A stretch of DNA of 64,000 nucleotides from Escherichia coli (GTDB lineage Bacteria; Pseudomonadota; Gammaproteobacteria; Enterobacterales; Enterobacteriaceae). The notes below the pieces were generated by a model. The model did not search any database and had not been told where the DNA came from. It worked only from the letters and a program-made list of their open reading frames with translations. The position numbers and the translations under genes are program-made. The DNA is taken from the NCBI RefSeq assembly GCF_003334765.1, contig NZ_QOWT01000006.1, one strand, 5' to 3'. Below are positions 47,355-57,945 of the stretch, piece after piece (the stretch's first letter is position 1; each line of letters opens with the position of its first letter).

Positions 47355-48402
47355 ACATCAATGGCTTTTGACCCCGCTGCCACCAGCGTAGCAACAATCG
47401 ATCGGCGCTCTCTGCCGCGCTGCCGGTGAATCGGTCAATGAGTCGTTTACGCTGCATATAGCGTACATTGACCACTTCACGGCCTTCCATCAGGCTAAGA
47501 ATAACTTCATCACTGGTGTTGATTTCATCAACCAGGCCTTTCTCTACCGCCTGTTGTCCGTACCAGTGTTCACCCGTTGCCACCTGTTCAATATCCAGAG
47601 AAGGACGCATACGCTTCACAAAATCTTTAAACAACTGATGCGTTTCGTTCAACTCTTCGCGGAATTTCTCCCGCCCTTCTTCGGTATTTTCACCCAGCAA
47701 CGTCAGCGTGCGCTTATACTGCCCGGCAGTGTGCAGTTCGATATCAATATCTTTGCTTTTCAGGAAGCGGTTAAAGTTGGGCATTTGCGCCACCACGCCA
47801 ATGGAACCCACAATAGCAAACGGTGCGGAAACAATTTTGTCCGCCACACAGGCCATCATGTAACCGCCGCTGGCAGCGACTTTGTCTACCGTAACAGTTA
47901 AAGGAATGTTTTTATCGCGCAGACGCTGCAGTTGCGAAGCCGCCAGCCCGTAACCATGCACCATGCCACCAGGGCTTTCCAGACGGAGCACAACCTGATC
48001 CTGCGGTTTGAATGCTGCGAGTACAGCCGTTATCTCTTCACGTAGCGAGTTCACTTCATGGGCGTCCATGCTGCCTTTAAAATCCAGCACCCAGACGCGG
48101 GGTTTACTGTCAGTTGCCACCTCGCCCAGTTTGGCTTTCGCTTTTGCTGCTTTCGCTTCTTGCTTATGCTTTTTCTTCTGCGCTTTGTGCCACTGTTTTT
48201 GCTGATGTGAGTCCATCAGCGCCGCGGCCAGTTCTTCTTTCATCTCCTTATACTGTTCGCTGAGATTGTTGACCCGTAACTCGCCACGCTGGCGTTTATT
48301 ACGTTGAGCAACATTGACAATAATGGCGGCAATCGCCGCAATCGCTAGCACAACGGTAACGATTTTCGCCAAAAACAAACCATATTCAGACAACAATTCC
48401 AC
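47353..48402 (-). CDS. sohB: S49-family inner-membrane peptidase
   Basis: 349-aa ORF MELLSEYGLFLAKIVTVVLAIAAIAAIIVNVAQ...; start is GTG. Confidence 0.93.
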   Translation of the reverse strand: MELLSEYGLFLAKIVTVVLAIAAIAAIIVNVAQRNKRQRGELRVNNLSEQYKEMKEELAAALMDSHQQKQWHKAQKKKHKQEAKAAKAKAKLGEVATDSKPRVWVLDFKGSMDAHEVNSLREEITAVLAAFKPQDQVVLRLESPGGMVHGYGLAASQLQRLRDKNIPLTVTVDKVAASGGYMMACVADKIVSAPFAIVGSIGVVAQMPNFNRFLKSKDIDIELHTAGQYKRTLTLLGENTEEGREKFREELNETHQLFKDFVKRMRPSLDIEQVATGEHWYGQQAVEKGLVDEINTSDEVILSLMEGREVVNVRYMQRKRLIDRFTGSAAESADRLLLRWWQRGQKPLM

Positions 48403-48621
48403 GAGTCCCCACCTTGGTTAAACAACGCTTTGGCTCACAGTTTACAACAGGCATGTTAAGCCGTCTCGCAGAGATGTTATTGCAGCGAAAGTATGACAAA
48501 GTATCCATTTTGCGGTGTTATCGCCCCAGGCTGATTGAAATGCCCTTCTGTTTCAGGCATAAAGCCCCAAAGTCATAAAGTACACTGGCAGCGCGACAGA
48601 CAACGTCGTTGAGGAGTAGCC

Positions 48622-49380
48622 ATGCATTACCAGCCAAAACAAGATTTACTCAATGATCGCATTATCCTGGTGACGGGAGCCAGCGATGGTATTGGTCGTG
48701 AAGCCGCGATGACGTATGCACGCTATGGTGCGACAGTGATTCTGTTGGGCCGTAATGAAGAAAAATTACGTCAGGTAGCCAGCCACATAAACGAAGAAAC
48801 TGGGCGTCAGCCACAGTGGTTTATTCTCGATTTGCTGACCTGCACGTCCGAAAATTGCCAACAACTGGCACAGCGCATTGCCGTTAATTATCCGCGTCTG
48901 GATGGTGTTTTGCATAATGCCGGATTGCTCGGCGATGTTTGCCCAATGAGCGAACAAAATCCGCAGGTCTGGCAGGACGTCATGCAGGTCAACGTTAATG
49001 CCACCTTTATGCTCACCCAGGCACTGCTTCCTTTATTACTCAAATCGGACGCCGGTTCACTGGTCTTTACTTCATCAAGCGTTGGACGTCAGGGACGAGC
49101 CAACTGGGGTGCATATGCAGCGTCGAAATTTGCCACCGAAGGGATGATGCAGGTACTGGCCGATGAATATCAGCAGCGCCTGCGTGTCAACTGCATTAAC
49201 CCAGGCGGTACGCGCACCGCAATGCGTGCCAGCGCCTTCCCGACCGAAGATCCACAGAAACTTAAAACACCCGCTGATATCATGCCGCTCTACCTCTGGC
49301 TGATGGGCGATGACAGCCGCCGTAAAACCGGCATGACCTTTGACGCCCAACCGGGCCGTAAACCAGGAATTTCCCAATGA
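48622..49380 (+). CDS. yciK: short-chain dehydrogenase/reductase
   Basis: 252-aa ORF with TGASDGIG NAD(P)-binding motif. Confidence 0.9.
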   Translation: MHYQPKQDLLNDRIILVTGASDGIGREAAMTYARYGATVILLGRNEEKLRQVASHINEETGRQPQWFILDLLTCTSENCQQLAQRIAVNYPRLDGVLHNAGLLGDVCPMSEQNPQVWQDVMQVNVNATFMLTQALLPLLLKSDAGSLVFTSSSVGRQGRANWGAYAASKFATEGMMQVLADEYQQRLRVNCINPGGTRTAMRASAFPTEDPQKLKTPADIMPLYLWLMGDDSRRKTGMTFDAQPGRKPGISQ

Positions 49381-49967
49381 GTGATGAACGCTACCAACAG
49401 CGTCAGCAGCGAGTGAAAGAAAAAGTAGATGCTCGTGTGGCCCAGGCCCAGGATGAACGCGGTATTATCATCGTCTTTACCGGCAATGGAAAAGGCAAAA
49501 CCACCGCGGCATTTGGTACGGCAACACGCGCAGTTGGTCACGGAAAAAAAGTAGGCGTCGTGCAGTTTATTAAAGGCACCTGGCCTAATGGCGAACGCAA
49601 TCTGCTGGAGCCACATGGCGTTGAGTTTCAGGTGATGGCAACGGGCTTTACCTGGGATACACAAAACCGCGAGTCTGATACCGCCGCCTGCCGCGAAGTC
49701 TGGCAACATGCAAAGCGGATGCTTGCTGATTCCTCACTGGATATGGTTTTGCTTGATGAACTGACGTATATGGTGGCGTATGACTATTTGCCACTGGAAG
49801 AAGTGGTGCAGGCGTTAAATGAACGTCCACATCAACAGACGGTGATTATCACGGGTCGTGGTTGTCATCGGGATATTCTTGAACTGGCAGATACGGTAAG
49901 TGAATTACGCCCCGTCAAACATGCGTTTGATGCCGGTGTAAAAGCGCAGATAGGGATCGATTATTAA
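49377..49967 (+). CDS. cobO: corrinoid (cob(I)yrinic acid a,c-diamide) adenosyltransferase
   Basis: 196-aa ORF with P-loop (GNGKGKTTAAFG); 4-bp overlap with yciK. Confidence 0.93.
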   Translation: MSDERYQQRQQRVKEKVDARVAQAQDERGIIIVFTGNGKGKTTAAFGTATRAVGHGKKVGVVQFIKGTWPNGERNLLEPHGVEFQVMATGFTWDTQNRESDTAACREVWQHAKRMLADSSLDMVLLDELTYMVAYDYLPLEEVVQALNERPHQQTVIITGRGCHRDILELADTVSELRPVKHAFDAGVKAQIGIDY

Positions 49968-49977
49968 TCTGTAAAAA

Positions 49978-49998
49978 TGCCGGATATGACGTCCGGCA
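49978..49998. terminator. hairpin between convergent cobO and rluB
   Basis: tgccgga-tatgacg-tccggca. Confidence 0.45.
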
Positions 49999-50006
49999 TA
50001 CTTTGA

Positions 50007-50882
50007 TTAACCGTTATTATTACGTCCGCCAGAACGACGACCGCCGCTCACCTGACTGTGACGTTTCACCGCACGACGAATCTGATTCGCCTTCATGCGA
50101 CGACGGTCTTTTTCTACAGCGACTTTAGAGCTGGTTTCTGGCGGTAGCTCCACCAGTTCGCGCAGATAGTTAGTCTGGGCGAGGTCCAGCTCCGTCCAGC
50201 CACCGCGTGGCAGACCTTTTGGCAGTGGGATATCACCGTAACGAACACGGATCAGGCGGCTCACCTGCACACCAACCGCTTCCCACAGACGACGAACTTC
50301 ACGGTTACGGCCTTCGGTCAGAGTCACGTTGTACCACTGGTTGATCCCTTCGCCGCCGCTGAACTTGATGGTTTTAAAAGCTGCCGGACCATCTTCCAAC
50401 TGCACGCCACGACTCAAATCACGCAGTTTCGCGTCGTCAACCTGACCAAATACACGCACGGCATATTCACGTTCAACTTCACGGCTTGGGTGCATTAAAC
50501 GGTTTGCCAGTTCACCATCGGTGGTGAACAGCAGCAGACCACAGGTATTAACGTCCAAGCGACCCACGGCAATCCAGCGTGCGCCACGCAGTTTTGGCAG
50601 ACGGTCAAACACCGTTGGACGTCCTTCCGGATCGTTACGGGTACACAACTCACCTTCCGGTTTGTAATAGGCCAGAACGCGACAAATTTGTTCAGCGGAC
50701 TCACGTACCGAAATCAGGTGACCATCGATACGGATTTTCAATCCAGGGGTAACTTCAACACGATCGCCGAGTTTAGCAATTTTGCCATCAACACTCACAC
50801 GACCGGCTTCAATAATAGATTCGATTTCACGGCGAGAACCGTGGCCGGCACGCGCCAGCACTTTCTGTAGCTTTTCGCTCAT
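50007..50882 (-). CDS. rluB: 23S rRNA pseudouridine synthase (RsuA family)
   Basis: 291-aa [45 protein letters not shown]...; Arg/Gly-rich C-terminus. Confidence 0.93.
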
Positions 50883-51092
50883 AGAGCTTCCTTTTGGTGT
50901 CGCCTTCCCAGGCGTCTGATATGCTTTTGTGCAACAGTGAGTCAGAACTTACATCTGACTCACTGATAGTAAAGTCTGTTTGAACTCTTCAGGCCTTAAG
51001 TAAACGACTCGACGTTTATCGGCCTGGCTTTGAGGCGCAACATACTACACTATCTTTATGGTTAAAGCTTGTTTCGATTAACATCAGCTTAA

Positions 51093-52988
51093 TTACCAGC
51101 CACCACCGCCTCCGCCACCCGCGCCGCCGCCAGCACCACCACCGGAATAACTTCGCCCCAACAAACTGGTATTGGCCCCGCAACTTAGGTGCGTCTGTAA
51201 TGAGAATAAAACGCCGTTACGGGCAATCTCTGGAGCGCGAATCGCCGAAGAAAGCGAAGGGGCAATGCGTAACGCCCATTCCCTCCCCAAATTTGCCGAT
51301 ATAGCCCAACCTAGCAACGCGTAATCCAGTTTCCGTGTTTCCCCTTTCCGCCGACGTCCACTGTGTGTTGCTGCCTCTTTACGCGCAAGATAGTTAACGA
51401 TAGCTTCACCGTGGGCATAACGTTGCTGTCCAGTTTGGGTAAACTTTGGCAGAAAAATATACCCCATGCCAGTGAGATAACCGGTCAGGCAAACAGCGGT
51501 AAAATAACCCGCTGGCATATACCAGTAAAAGAATACATCTCCGACATTGATGTAGAGAGAATAGAAGGCCACGCCTGAACAAATCAGTGGTAAAAACAAA
51601 GTGATGATTACACGATTAACGCAAGGCTTGTCATCATCGCGGGCAAACAAAAGCTCAAGGGAACAAAATAAAAAAGGAATAATCCAGCAGATCATAATAA
51701 ACATATCGCCCACCAGACTCATTCCTGCCCAGCCTACAGGACTCAAGTTACCGTAAAGAATGACCGCCAATATTGCCAGTCCACCCCATTGCAAAAAAGT
51801 ATCAGACCGGTAAAACGAAGACTTTTTACGCGGCAGATAAAATTTCTGCATCCGTAAAAATGCCCTGCGTAAGACTCTGTTGCGTCTCCCCGTAAGAACG
51901 ACCTTATCGCCTTTACGAAATAACGCTTCCAGTAATAACTGCTCTGCGGGCAGTAATACCGCATTATTTCTGGTCGCGCCTTCATTAACACGAATCAGGA
52001 TTTGCTGGTTCTTGTCAGACTGATCTTCCAGATGAATTTTTCCTTTCACAATCAGATTTACGATATCGGCACAAAAACCTTTATCGTCGTAAACTAGCTT
52101 CGCATCGAGACGTAACATGCCGGGCGTGTAATCTGGCGGAATGACATCGGTTTCAATCACATCTACCGGCGTAAATTGCGGCCTGCGCTTCCAGAGATAT
52201 AACCATCCACAAACCAGGAACAGACACGGAAACCAAATTAACAACGATGACGTGGAGGGTAAAAGAAGATGGCTGAAAATATTCGTCGTTTGCGGAGCCG
52301 AGGCATTGCTAAGTAAAGCGTGAGGCCAGCGGTAGAGGACCGTGAAATCTTCACGATAAAACGGATCGCGGGATTCAATTCTTCCGTCCTCAAGGATGCG
52401 GCCATTACGATATGTGTCGCCCTCTTCTCCGGTAAAGAGATCGATTTCGCTAAATGGATTACCCGCAATATTAGAGAACTGGAGAGAAAAACGGGTCTTA
52501 TAAATTTCAAACGGCCAGTGGTTACCGGTCACGTTCCAGATTAGCAGATCAGAATCCCCCTCACGCAGGAAAGCATTTTTAACCTGATAATGAATTTGAT
52601 AATGATAGTCGCCTTGAGGCAAGAAACGTTGTTTATCGCCCACGACAATACTCATTAACCCGATATGCCAGTCAAGATGCCAGGGTTCAGGAATACCATC
52701 ACGGGTGACGCCAACAATATGATAGTTCAGCAGTGCAGCGTCCCCATCAGGCTGCATCCATAGTCGTGGTAAATCACGATAAAAGCCGTGCTTAATCTGC
52801 TGATTTCGCGCCTGAAAATGAATATTTTCTTTGATGTCGAGCACCCCATCTGGTTGCAGAGTGGCTTCAACATCAAAGAGCGAGATCCCTTCTTCATAAG
52901 AAGGGATCTCCGTGTTTTCTGCATAACTTAGAGATGATACAAACAGCCCTGCTATCAACAGCAAAATGCAGCGAAACTTCCCTGCCAT
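51093..52988 (-). CDS. yciQ: DUF2207 family membrane protein
   Basis: 631-aa ORF with signal peptide, several TM segments and Gly-rich C-terminus (GGGAGGGAGGGGGGGW). Confidence 0.88.
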   Translation of the reverse strand: MAGKFRCILLLIAGLFVSSLSYAENTEIPSYEEGISLFDVEATLQPDGVLDIKENIHFQARNQQIKHGFYRDLPRLWMQPDGDAALLNYHIVGVTRDGIPEPWHLDWHIGLMSIVVGDKQRFLPQGDYHYQIHYQVKNAFLREGDSDLLIWNVTGNHWPFEIYKTRFSLQFSNIAGNPFSEIDLFTGEEGDTYRNGRILEDGRIESRDPFYREDFTVLYRWPHALLSNASAPQTTNIFSHLLLPSTSSLLIWFPCLFLVCGWLYLWKRRPQFTPVDVIETDVIPPDYTPGMLRLDAKLVYDDKGFCADIVNLIVKGKIHLEDQSDKNQQILIRVNEGATRNNAVLLPAEQLLLEALFRKGDKVVLTGRRNRVLRRAFLRMQKFYLPRKKSSFYRSDTFLQWGGLAILAVILYGNLSPVGWAGMSLVGDMFIMICWIIPFLFCSLELLFARDDDKPCVNRVIITLFLPLICSGVAFYSLYINVGDVFFYWYMPAGYFTAVCLTGYLTGMGYIFLPKFTQTGQQRYAHGEAIVNYLARKEAATHSGRRRKGETRKLDYALLGWAISANLGREWALRIAPSLSSAIRAPEIARNGVLFSLQTHLSCGANTSLLGRSYSGGGAGGGAGGGGGGGW

Positions 52989-53015
52989 AGTCTTCCATCC
53001 GTGGAACGCAATTTG

Positions 53016-53636
53016 TTATAAGAAAGGCTTCACATCACCTACGCCTTCACGCACCACGACCGGCGTATCATCGGTAAGATCAATAACCGTTGTCGGTTTC
53101 TGCCCGAGATAGCCGCCGTGAATAATCAAATCTACCTGTTTTTCCAGACGATCTTTAATTTCTTCCGGGTCCGATTCGGTAAATTCGCTGCCTGGCAGCA
53201 TTAGCGAAGTGGAAAGCATCGGTTCGCCCAATGCTTCAAGTAACGCCTGAGCGATAGGGTTAGAAGGCACACGCATACCGATGGTTTTGCGTTTTTCCTG
53301 CAACAGACGGCGTGGCACTTCCTTCGTCCCCTTCAGGATGAAGGTATAGTTGCCCGGCGTGTTGTTTTTCATTAAACGAAACGCAACGTTATCAACAAAT
53401 GAATAGGTCGAGAGTTCAGAAAGATCGCGACACATCAGGGTAAAGTTGTGACCGTCCGGCAGCTGGCGAATACGACAAATACGCTCCATCGCGTTTTTAT
53501 CTTCAATTTTACAGCCGAGCGCATAGCCGGAATCAGTTGGATAAACAATCACCCCGCCTTTACGCACGATCTCCACCGCCTGGTTGATCAGACGTTGCTG
53601 TGGGTTATCAGGATGAATATAAAAAAACTGGCTCAT
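53016..53636 (-). CDS. yciO: YrdC/Sua5-family L-threonylcarbamoyladenylate synthase-like protein
   Basis: ORF track 53016..53672; internal ATG start MSQFFYIHPDNPQQRLINQAVEIVRKGGVIVYPTDSGYALGC... (206 aa). Confidence 0.9.
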   Translation of the reverse strand: MSQFFYIHPDNPQQRLINQAVEIVRKGGVIVYPTDSGYALGCKIEDKNAMERICRIRQLPDGHNFTLMCRDLSELSTYSFVDNVAFRLMKNNTPGNYTFILKGTKEVPRRLLQEKRKTIGMRVPSNPIAQALLEALGEPMLSTSLMLPGSEFTESDPEEIKDRLEKQVDLIIHGGYLGQKPTTVIDLTDDTPVVVREGVGDVKPFL

Positions 53637-54514
53637 AATTCCCTCTCTGTGGTGTTCTGCGGCTGTTCCCATAGCTGCCAGACGCCTTCAACGCCTGCGG
53701 GCAGCCAGAGTTTACGACCCAGTTCGATCCACGGGCATGGCTGATGAAAATCAGATCCTTGTGATGCCCATAAATGATGCTGACGCGCAAGGGCCGCCAG
53801 CTGGGTACGTTCATTGGGCGATTGCTGGCACTGCGCGACTTCCATCGCGTCACCGTGGTGTTCGGCAAAATGCGCAACCAATCTTTTCAGCCATTTAGCA
53901 CTAAGATTGTACCGCCCAGGATGAGCTAGCACCGCCTTACCGCCAGAATGATGAATGACATCAATAGCTTGTTCTATTGTACACCACTGTGGCGGAACGT
54001 ATCCGGTTTTCCCGCGCGCCAGATACTTTTTAAAGACATCCGCCATTGAACTGGCTTTGCCGCACTCAACAAGGAAACGCGCAAAATGACCGCGCGTCAC
54101 TGCGCCGCCCTGCGCCAGTCGTTGTGCGCCTTCCAGCGCCCCAGGTATTTGCGCTTTTTCAAGTCTTTCGGCAATCAGCTGCGCCCGCTGATTGCGCCGT
54201 TCTGTCTGCTGCGCGAGGAACTCACACATTAGCGGATGAGTAATATCAATATTCAGCCCGACAATATGAATTTCATGATTTTCCCAGACCGTGGAAATTT
54301 CCACGCCGGGAATAAGATTCAACGCCAGTCCCGAACGTGAAATTTCCTCTCTTGCTGGCGCGATTGCAGCTGTGGTGTCATGGTCGGTGATCGCCAGGGT
54401 GCCGACGCGCATCTCGACTGCACGGTGCACCAATGCTTCTGGCGTCAGGCAGCCATCGGAAGCTGTGGTATGGCTGTGCAGGTCGTAAATCACTGCATAA
54501 TTCGTGTCGCTCAA
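53633..54514 (-). CDS. trpH: PHP-domain phosphoesterase (5'-3' exoribonuclease RNase AM)
   Basis: 293-aa ORF MSDTNYAVIYDLHSHTTASDGCLTPEALVHRAVEMRVGTLAITDHD...; start appears to be TTG; 4-bp overlap with yciO. Confidence 0.9.
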   Translation of the reverse strand: MSDTNYAVIYDLHSHTTASDGCLTPEALVHRAVEMRVGTLAITDHDTTAAIAPAREEISRSGLALNLIPGVEISTVWENHEIHIVGLNIDITHPLMCEFLAQQTERRNQRAQLIAERLEKAQIPGALEGAQRLAQGGAVTRGHFARFLVECGKASSMADVFKKYLARGKTGYVPPQWCTIEQAIDVIHHSGGKAVLAHPGRYNLSAKWLKRLVAHFAEHHGDAMEVAQCQQSPNERTQLAALARQHHLWASQGSDFHQPCPWIELGRKLWLPAGVEGVWQLWEQPQNTTEREL

Positions 54515-54589
54515 GGCGCACTCCCGTTCTGGATAATGTTTTTTGCGCCGACATCATAACGGTTCTGGCAAATATTCTGAAATGAGCTG

Positions 54590-54625
54590 TTGACAATTAA
54601 TCATCGAACTAGTTAACTAGTACGC
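54590..54625 (+). promoter_or_regulatory. trp promoter and TrpR operator
   Basis: -35 TTGACA (54590-54595), -10 TTAACT (54613-54618), with the palindromic operator cgaactagttaactagtacg spanning the -10. Confidence 0.85.
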
Positions 54626-54651
54626 AAGTTCACGTAAAAAGGGTATCGACA

Positions 54652-54696
54652 ATGAAAGCAATTTTCGTACTGAAAGGTTGGTGGCGCACTTCCTGA
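54652..54696 (+). CDS. trpL: trp operon leader peptide ([14 protein letters not shown])
   Basis: 14-codon ORF with tandem Trp codons at 54679-54684. Confidence 0.9.
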
Positions 54697-54737
54697 AACG
54701 GGCAGTGTATTCACCATGCGTAAAGCAATCAGATACC

Positions 54738-54767
54738 CAGCCCGCCTAATGAGCGGGCTTTTTTTTG
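54738..54767 (+). terminator. trp attenuator (3:4 terminator hairpin)
   Basis: cagcccgcc-taatga-gcgggc followed by an 8-nt T run, 21 nt upstream of trpE. Confidence 0.9.
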
Positions 54768-54787
54768 AACAAAATTAGAGAATAACA

Positions 54788-56350
54788 ATGCAAACACAAA
54801 AACCGACTCTCGAACTGCTAACCTGCGAAGGCGCTTATCGCGACAATCCCACCGCGCTTTTTCACCAGTTGTGTGGGGATCGTCCGGCAACGCTGCTGCT
54901 GGAATCCGCAGATATCGACAGCAAAGATGATTTAAAAAGCCTGCTGCTGGTAGACAGTGCGCTGCGCATTACAGCTTTAGGTGACACTGTCACAATCCAG
55001 GCACTTTCCGGCAACGGCGAAGCCCTGCTGGCACTACTGGATAACGCCCTGCCTGCGGGTGTGGAAAGTGAACAATCACCAAACTGCCGTGTGCTGCGCT
55101 TCCCCCCTGTCAGTCCACTGCTGGATGAAGACGCCCGCTTATGCTCCCTTTCGGTTTTTGACGCTTTCCGTTTATTGCAGAATCTGTTGAATGTACCGAA
55201 GGAAGAACGAGAAGCCATGTTCTTCGGCGGCCTGTTCTCTTATGACCTTGTGGCGGGATTTGAAGATTTACCGCAACTGTCAGCGGAAAATAACTGCCCT
55301 GATTTCTGTTTTTATCTCGCTGAAACGCTGATGGTGATTGACCATCAGAAAAAAAGCACCCGTATTCAGGCCAGCCTGTTTGCTCCGAATGAAGAAGAAA
55401 AACAACGTCTCACTGCTCGCCTGAACGAACTACGTCAGCAACTGACCGAAGCCGCGCCGCCGCTGCCAGTGGTTTCCGTGCCGCATATGCGTTGTGAATG
55501 TAATCAGAGCGATGAAGAGTTCGGTGGCGTAGTGCGTTTGTTGCAAAAAGCGATTCGCGCTGGAGAAATTTTCCAGGTGGTGCCATCTCGCCGTTTCTCT
55601 CTGCCCTGCCCGTCACCGCTGGCGGCCTATTACGTGCTGAAAAAGAGTAATCCCAGCCCGTACATGTTTTTTATGCAGGATAATGATTTCACCCTATTTG
55701 GCGCGTCGCCGGAAAGCTCGCTCAAGTATGATGCCACCAGCCGCCAGATTGAGATCTACCCGATTGCCGGAACACGCCCACGCGGTCGTCGCGCCGATGG
55801 TTCACTGGACAGAGATCTCGACAGCCGTATTGAACTGGAAATGCGTACCGATCATAAAGAGCTGTCTGAACATCTGATGCTGGTTGATCTCGCCCGTAAT
55901 GATCTGGCACGCATTTGCACCCCCGGCAGCCGCTACGTCGCCGATCTCACCAAAGTTGACCGTTATTCCTATGTGATGCACCTCGTCTCTCGCGTAGTCG
56001 GCGAACTGCGTCACGATCTTGACGCCCTGCACGCTTATCGCGCCTGTATGAATATGGGGACGTTAAGCGGTGCGCCGAAAGTACGCGCTATGCAGTTAAT
56101 TGCCGAGGCGGAAGGTCGTCGCCGCGGCAGCTACGGCGGCGCGGTAGGTTATTTCACCGCGCATGGCGATCTCGACACCTGCATTGTGATCCGCTCGGCG
56201 CTGGTGGAAAACGGTATCGCCACCGTGCAAGCGGGTGCTGGTGTAGTCCTTGATTCTGTTCCGCAGTCGGAAGCCGACGAAACCCGTAACAAAGCCCGCG
56301 CTGTACTGCGCGCTATTGCCACCGCGCATCATGCACAGGAGACTTTCTGA
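54788..56350 (+). CDS. trpE: anthranilate synthase component I
   Basis: 520-aa [53 protein letters not shown]... Confidence 0.97.
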   Translation: MQTQKPTLELLTCEGAYRDNPTALFHQLCGDRPATLLLESADIDSKDDLKSLLLVDSALRITALGDTVTIQALSGNGEALLALLDNALPAGVESEQSPNCRVLRFPPVSPLLDEDARLCSLSVFDAFRLLQNLLNVPKEEREAMFFGGLFSYDLVAGFEDLPQLSAENNCPDFCFYLAETLMVIDHQKKSTRIQASLFAPNEEEKQRLTARLNELRQQLTEAAPPLPVVSVPHMRCECNQSDEEFGGVVRLLQKAIRAGEIFQVVPSRRFSLPCPSPLAAYYVLKKSNPSPYMFFMQDNDFTLFGASPESSLKYDATSRQIEIYPIAGTRPRGRRADGSLDRDLDSRIELEMRTDHKELSEHLMLVDLARNDLARICTPGSRYVADLTKVDRYSYVMHLVSRVVGELRHDLDALHAYRACMNMGTLSGAPKVRAMQLIAEAEGRRRGSYGGAVGYFTAHGDLDTCIVIRSALVENGIATVQAGAGVVLDSVPQSEADETRNKARAVLRAIATAHHAQETF

Positions 56351-57945
56351 TGGCTGACATTCTGCTGCTCGATAATATCGACTCTTTTACGTACAACCTG
56401 GCAGATCAGTTGCGCAGCAATGGGCATAACGTGGTGATTTACCGCAACCATATTCCGGCGCAAACCTTAATTGAACGCCTGGCGACCATGAGCAATCCGG
56501 TGCTGATGCTTTCTCCTGGCCCCGGTGTGCCGAGCGAAGCCGGTTGTATGCCGGAACTCCTCACCCGCTTGCGTGGCAAGCTGCCCATTATTGGCATTTG
56601 CCTCGGACATCAGGCGATTGTCGAAGCTTACGGGGGCTATGTCGGTCAGGCGGGCGAAATTCTCCACGGTAAAGCCTCCAGCATTGAACATGACGGTCAG
56701 GCGATGTTTGCCGGATTAACAAACCCGCTGCCGGTGGCGCGTTATCACTCGCTGGTTGGCAGTAACATTCCGGCCGGTTTAACCATCAACGCCCATTTTA
56801 ATGGCATGGTGATGGCAGTACGTCACGATGCGGATCGCGTTTGTGGATTCCAGTTCCATCCGGAATCCATTCTCACCACCCAGGGCGCTCGCCTGCTGGA
56901 ACAAACGCTGGCCTGGGCGCAGCAGAAACTAGAGCCAGCCAACACGCTGCAACCGATTCTGGAAAAACTGTATCAGGCGCAGACGCTTAGCCAACAAGAA
57001 AGCCACCTGCTGTTTTCAGCGGTGGTGCGTGGCGAGCTGAAGCCGGAACAACTGGCGGCGGCGCTGGTGAGCATGAAAATTCGCGGTGAGCACCCGAACG
57101 AGATCGCCGGGGCAGCAACCGCGCTACTGGAAAACGCAGCGCCGTTCCCGCGCCCGGATTATCTGTTTGCTGATATCGTCGGTACTGGCGGTGACGGCAG
57201 CAACAGTATCAATATTTCTACCGCCAGTGCGTTTGTCGCCGCGGCCTGTGGGCTGAAAGTGGCGAAACACGGCAACCGTAGCGTCTCCAGTAAATCTGGT
57301 TCGTCCGATCTGCTGGCGGCGTTCGGTATTAATCTTGATATGAACGCCGATAAATCGCGCCAGGCGCTGGATGAGTTAGGTGTATGTTTCCTCTTTGCGC
57401 CGAAGTATCACACCGGATTCCGCCACGCGATGCCGGTTCGCCAGCAACTGAAAACCCGCACCCTGTTCAATGTGCTGGGGCCATTGATTAACCCGGCGCA
57501 TCCGCCGCTGGCGTTAATTGGTGTTTATAGTCCGGAACTGGTGCTGCCGATTGCCGAAACCTTGCGCGTGCTGGGGTATCAACGCGCGGCGGTGGTGCAC
57601 AGCGGCGGGATGGATGAAGTTTCATTACACGCGCCGACAATCGTTGCCGAACTGCATGACGGCGAAATTAAAAGCTATCAGCTCACCGCAGAAGACTTTG
57701 GCCTGACACCCTACCACCAGGAGCAACTGGCAGGCGGAACACCGGAAGAAAACCGTGACATTTTAACACGTTTGTTACAAGGTAAAGGCGACGCCGCCCA
57801 TGAAGCAGCCGTCGCTGCGAACGTCGCCATGTTAATGCGCCTGCATGGCCATGAAGATCTGCAAGCCAATGCGCAAACCGTTCTTGAGGTACTGCGCAGT
57901 GGTTCCGCTTACGACAGAGTCACCGCACTGGCGGCACGAGGGTAA
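56350..57945 (+). CDS. trpD: bifunctional anthranilate synthase component II / anthranilate phosphoribosyltransferase
   Basis: 531-aa [37 protein letters not shown]...; 1-nt overlap with trpE stop. Confidence 0.97.
   Translation: MADILLLDNIDSFTYNLADQLRSNGHNVVIYRNHIPAQTLIERLATMSNPVLMLSPGPGVPSEAGCMPELLTRLRGKLPIIGICLGHQAIVEAYGGYVGQAGEILHGKASSIEHDGQAMFAGLTNPLPVARYHSLVGSNIPAGLTINAHFNGMVMAVRHDADRVCGFQFHPESILTTQGARLLEQTLAWAQQKLEPANTLQPILEKLYQAQTLSQQESHLLFSAVVRGELKPEQLAAALVSMKIRGEHPNEIAGAATALLENAAPFPRPDYLFADIVGTGGDGSNSINISTASAFVAAACGLKVAKHGNRSVSSKSGSSDLLAAFGINLDMNADKSRQALDELGVCFLFAPKYHTGFRHAMPVRQQLKTRTLFNVLGPLINPAHPPLALIGVYSPELVLPIAETLRVLGYQRAAVVHSGGMDEVSLHAPTIVAELHDGEIKSYQLTAEDFGLTPYHQEQLAGGTPEENRDILTRLLQGKGDAAHEAAVAANVAMLMRLHGHEDLQANAQTVLEVLRSGSAYDRVTALAARG

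Noticed and set aside
51093-51143. GC-rich Gly-codon tract at the 3' end of yciQ as a possible slippage-prone phase-variable repeat
   Set aside because: The codons are heterogeneous (gcc/acc/ggc mix) rather than a homopolymer or perfect short tandem repeat, so slipped-strand switching is unlikely.
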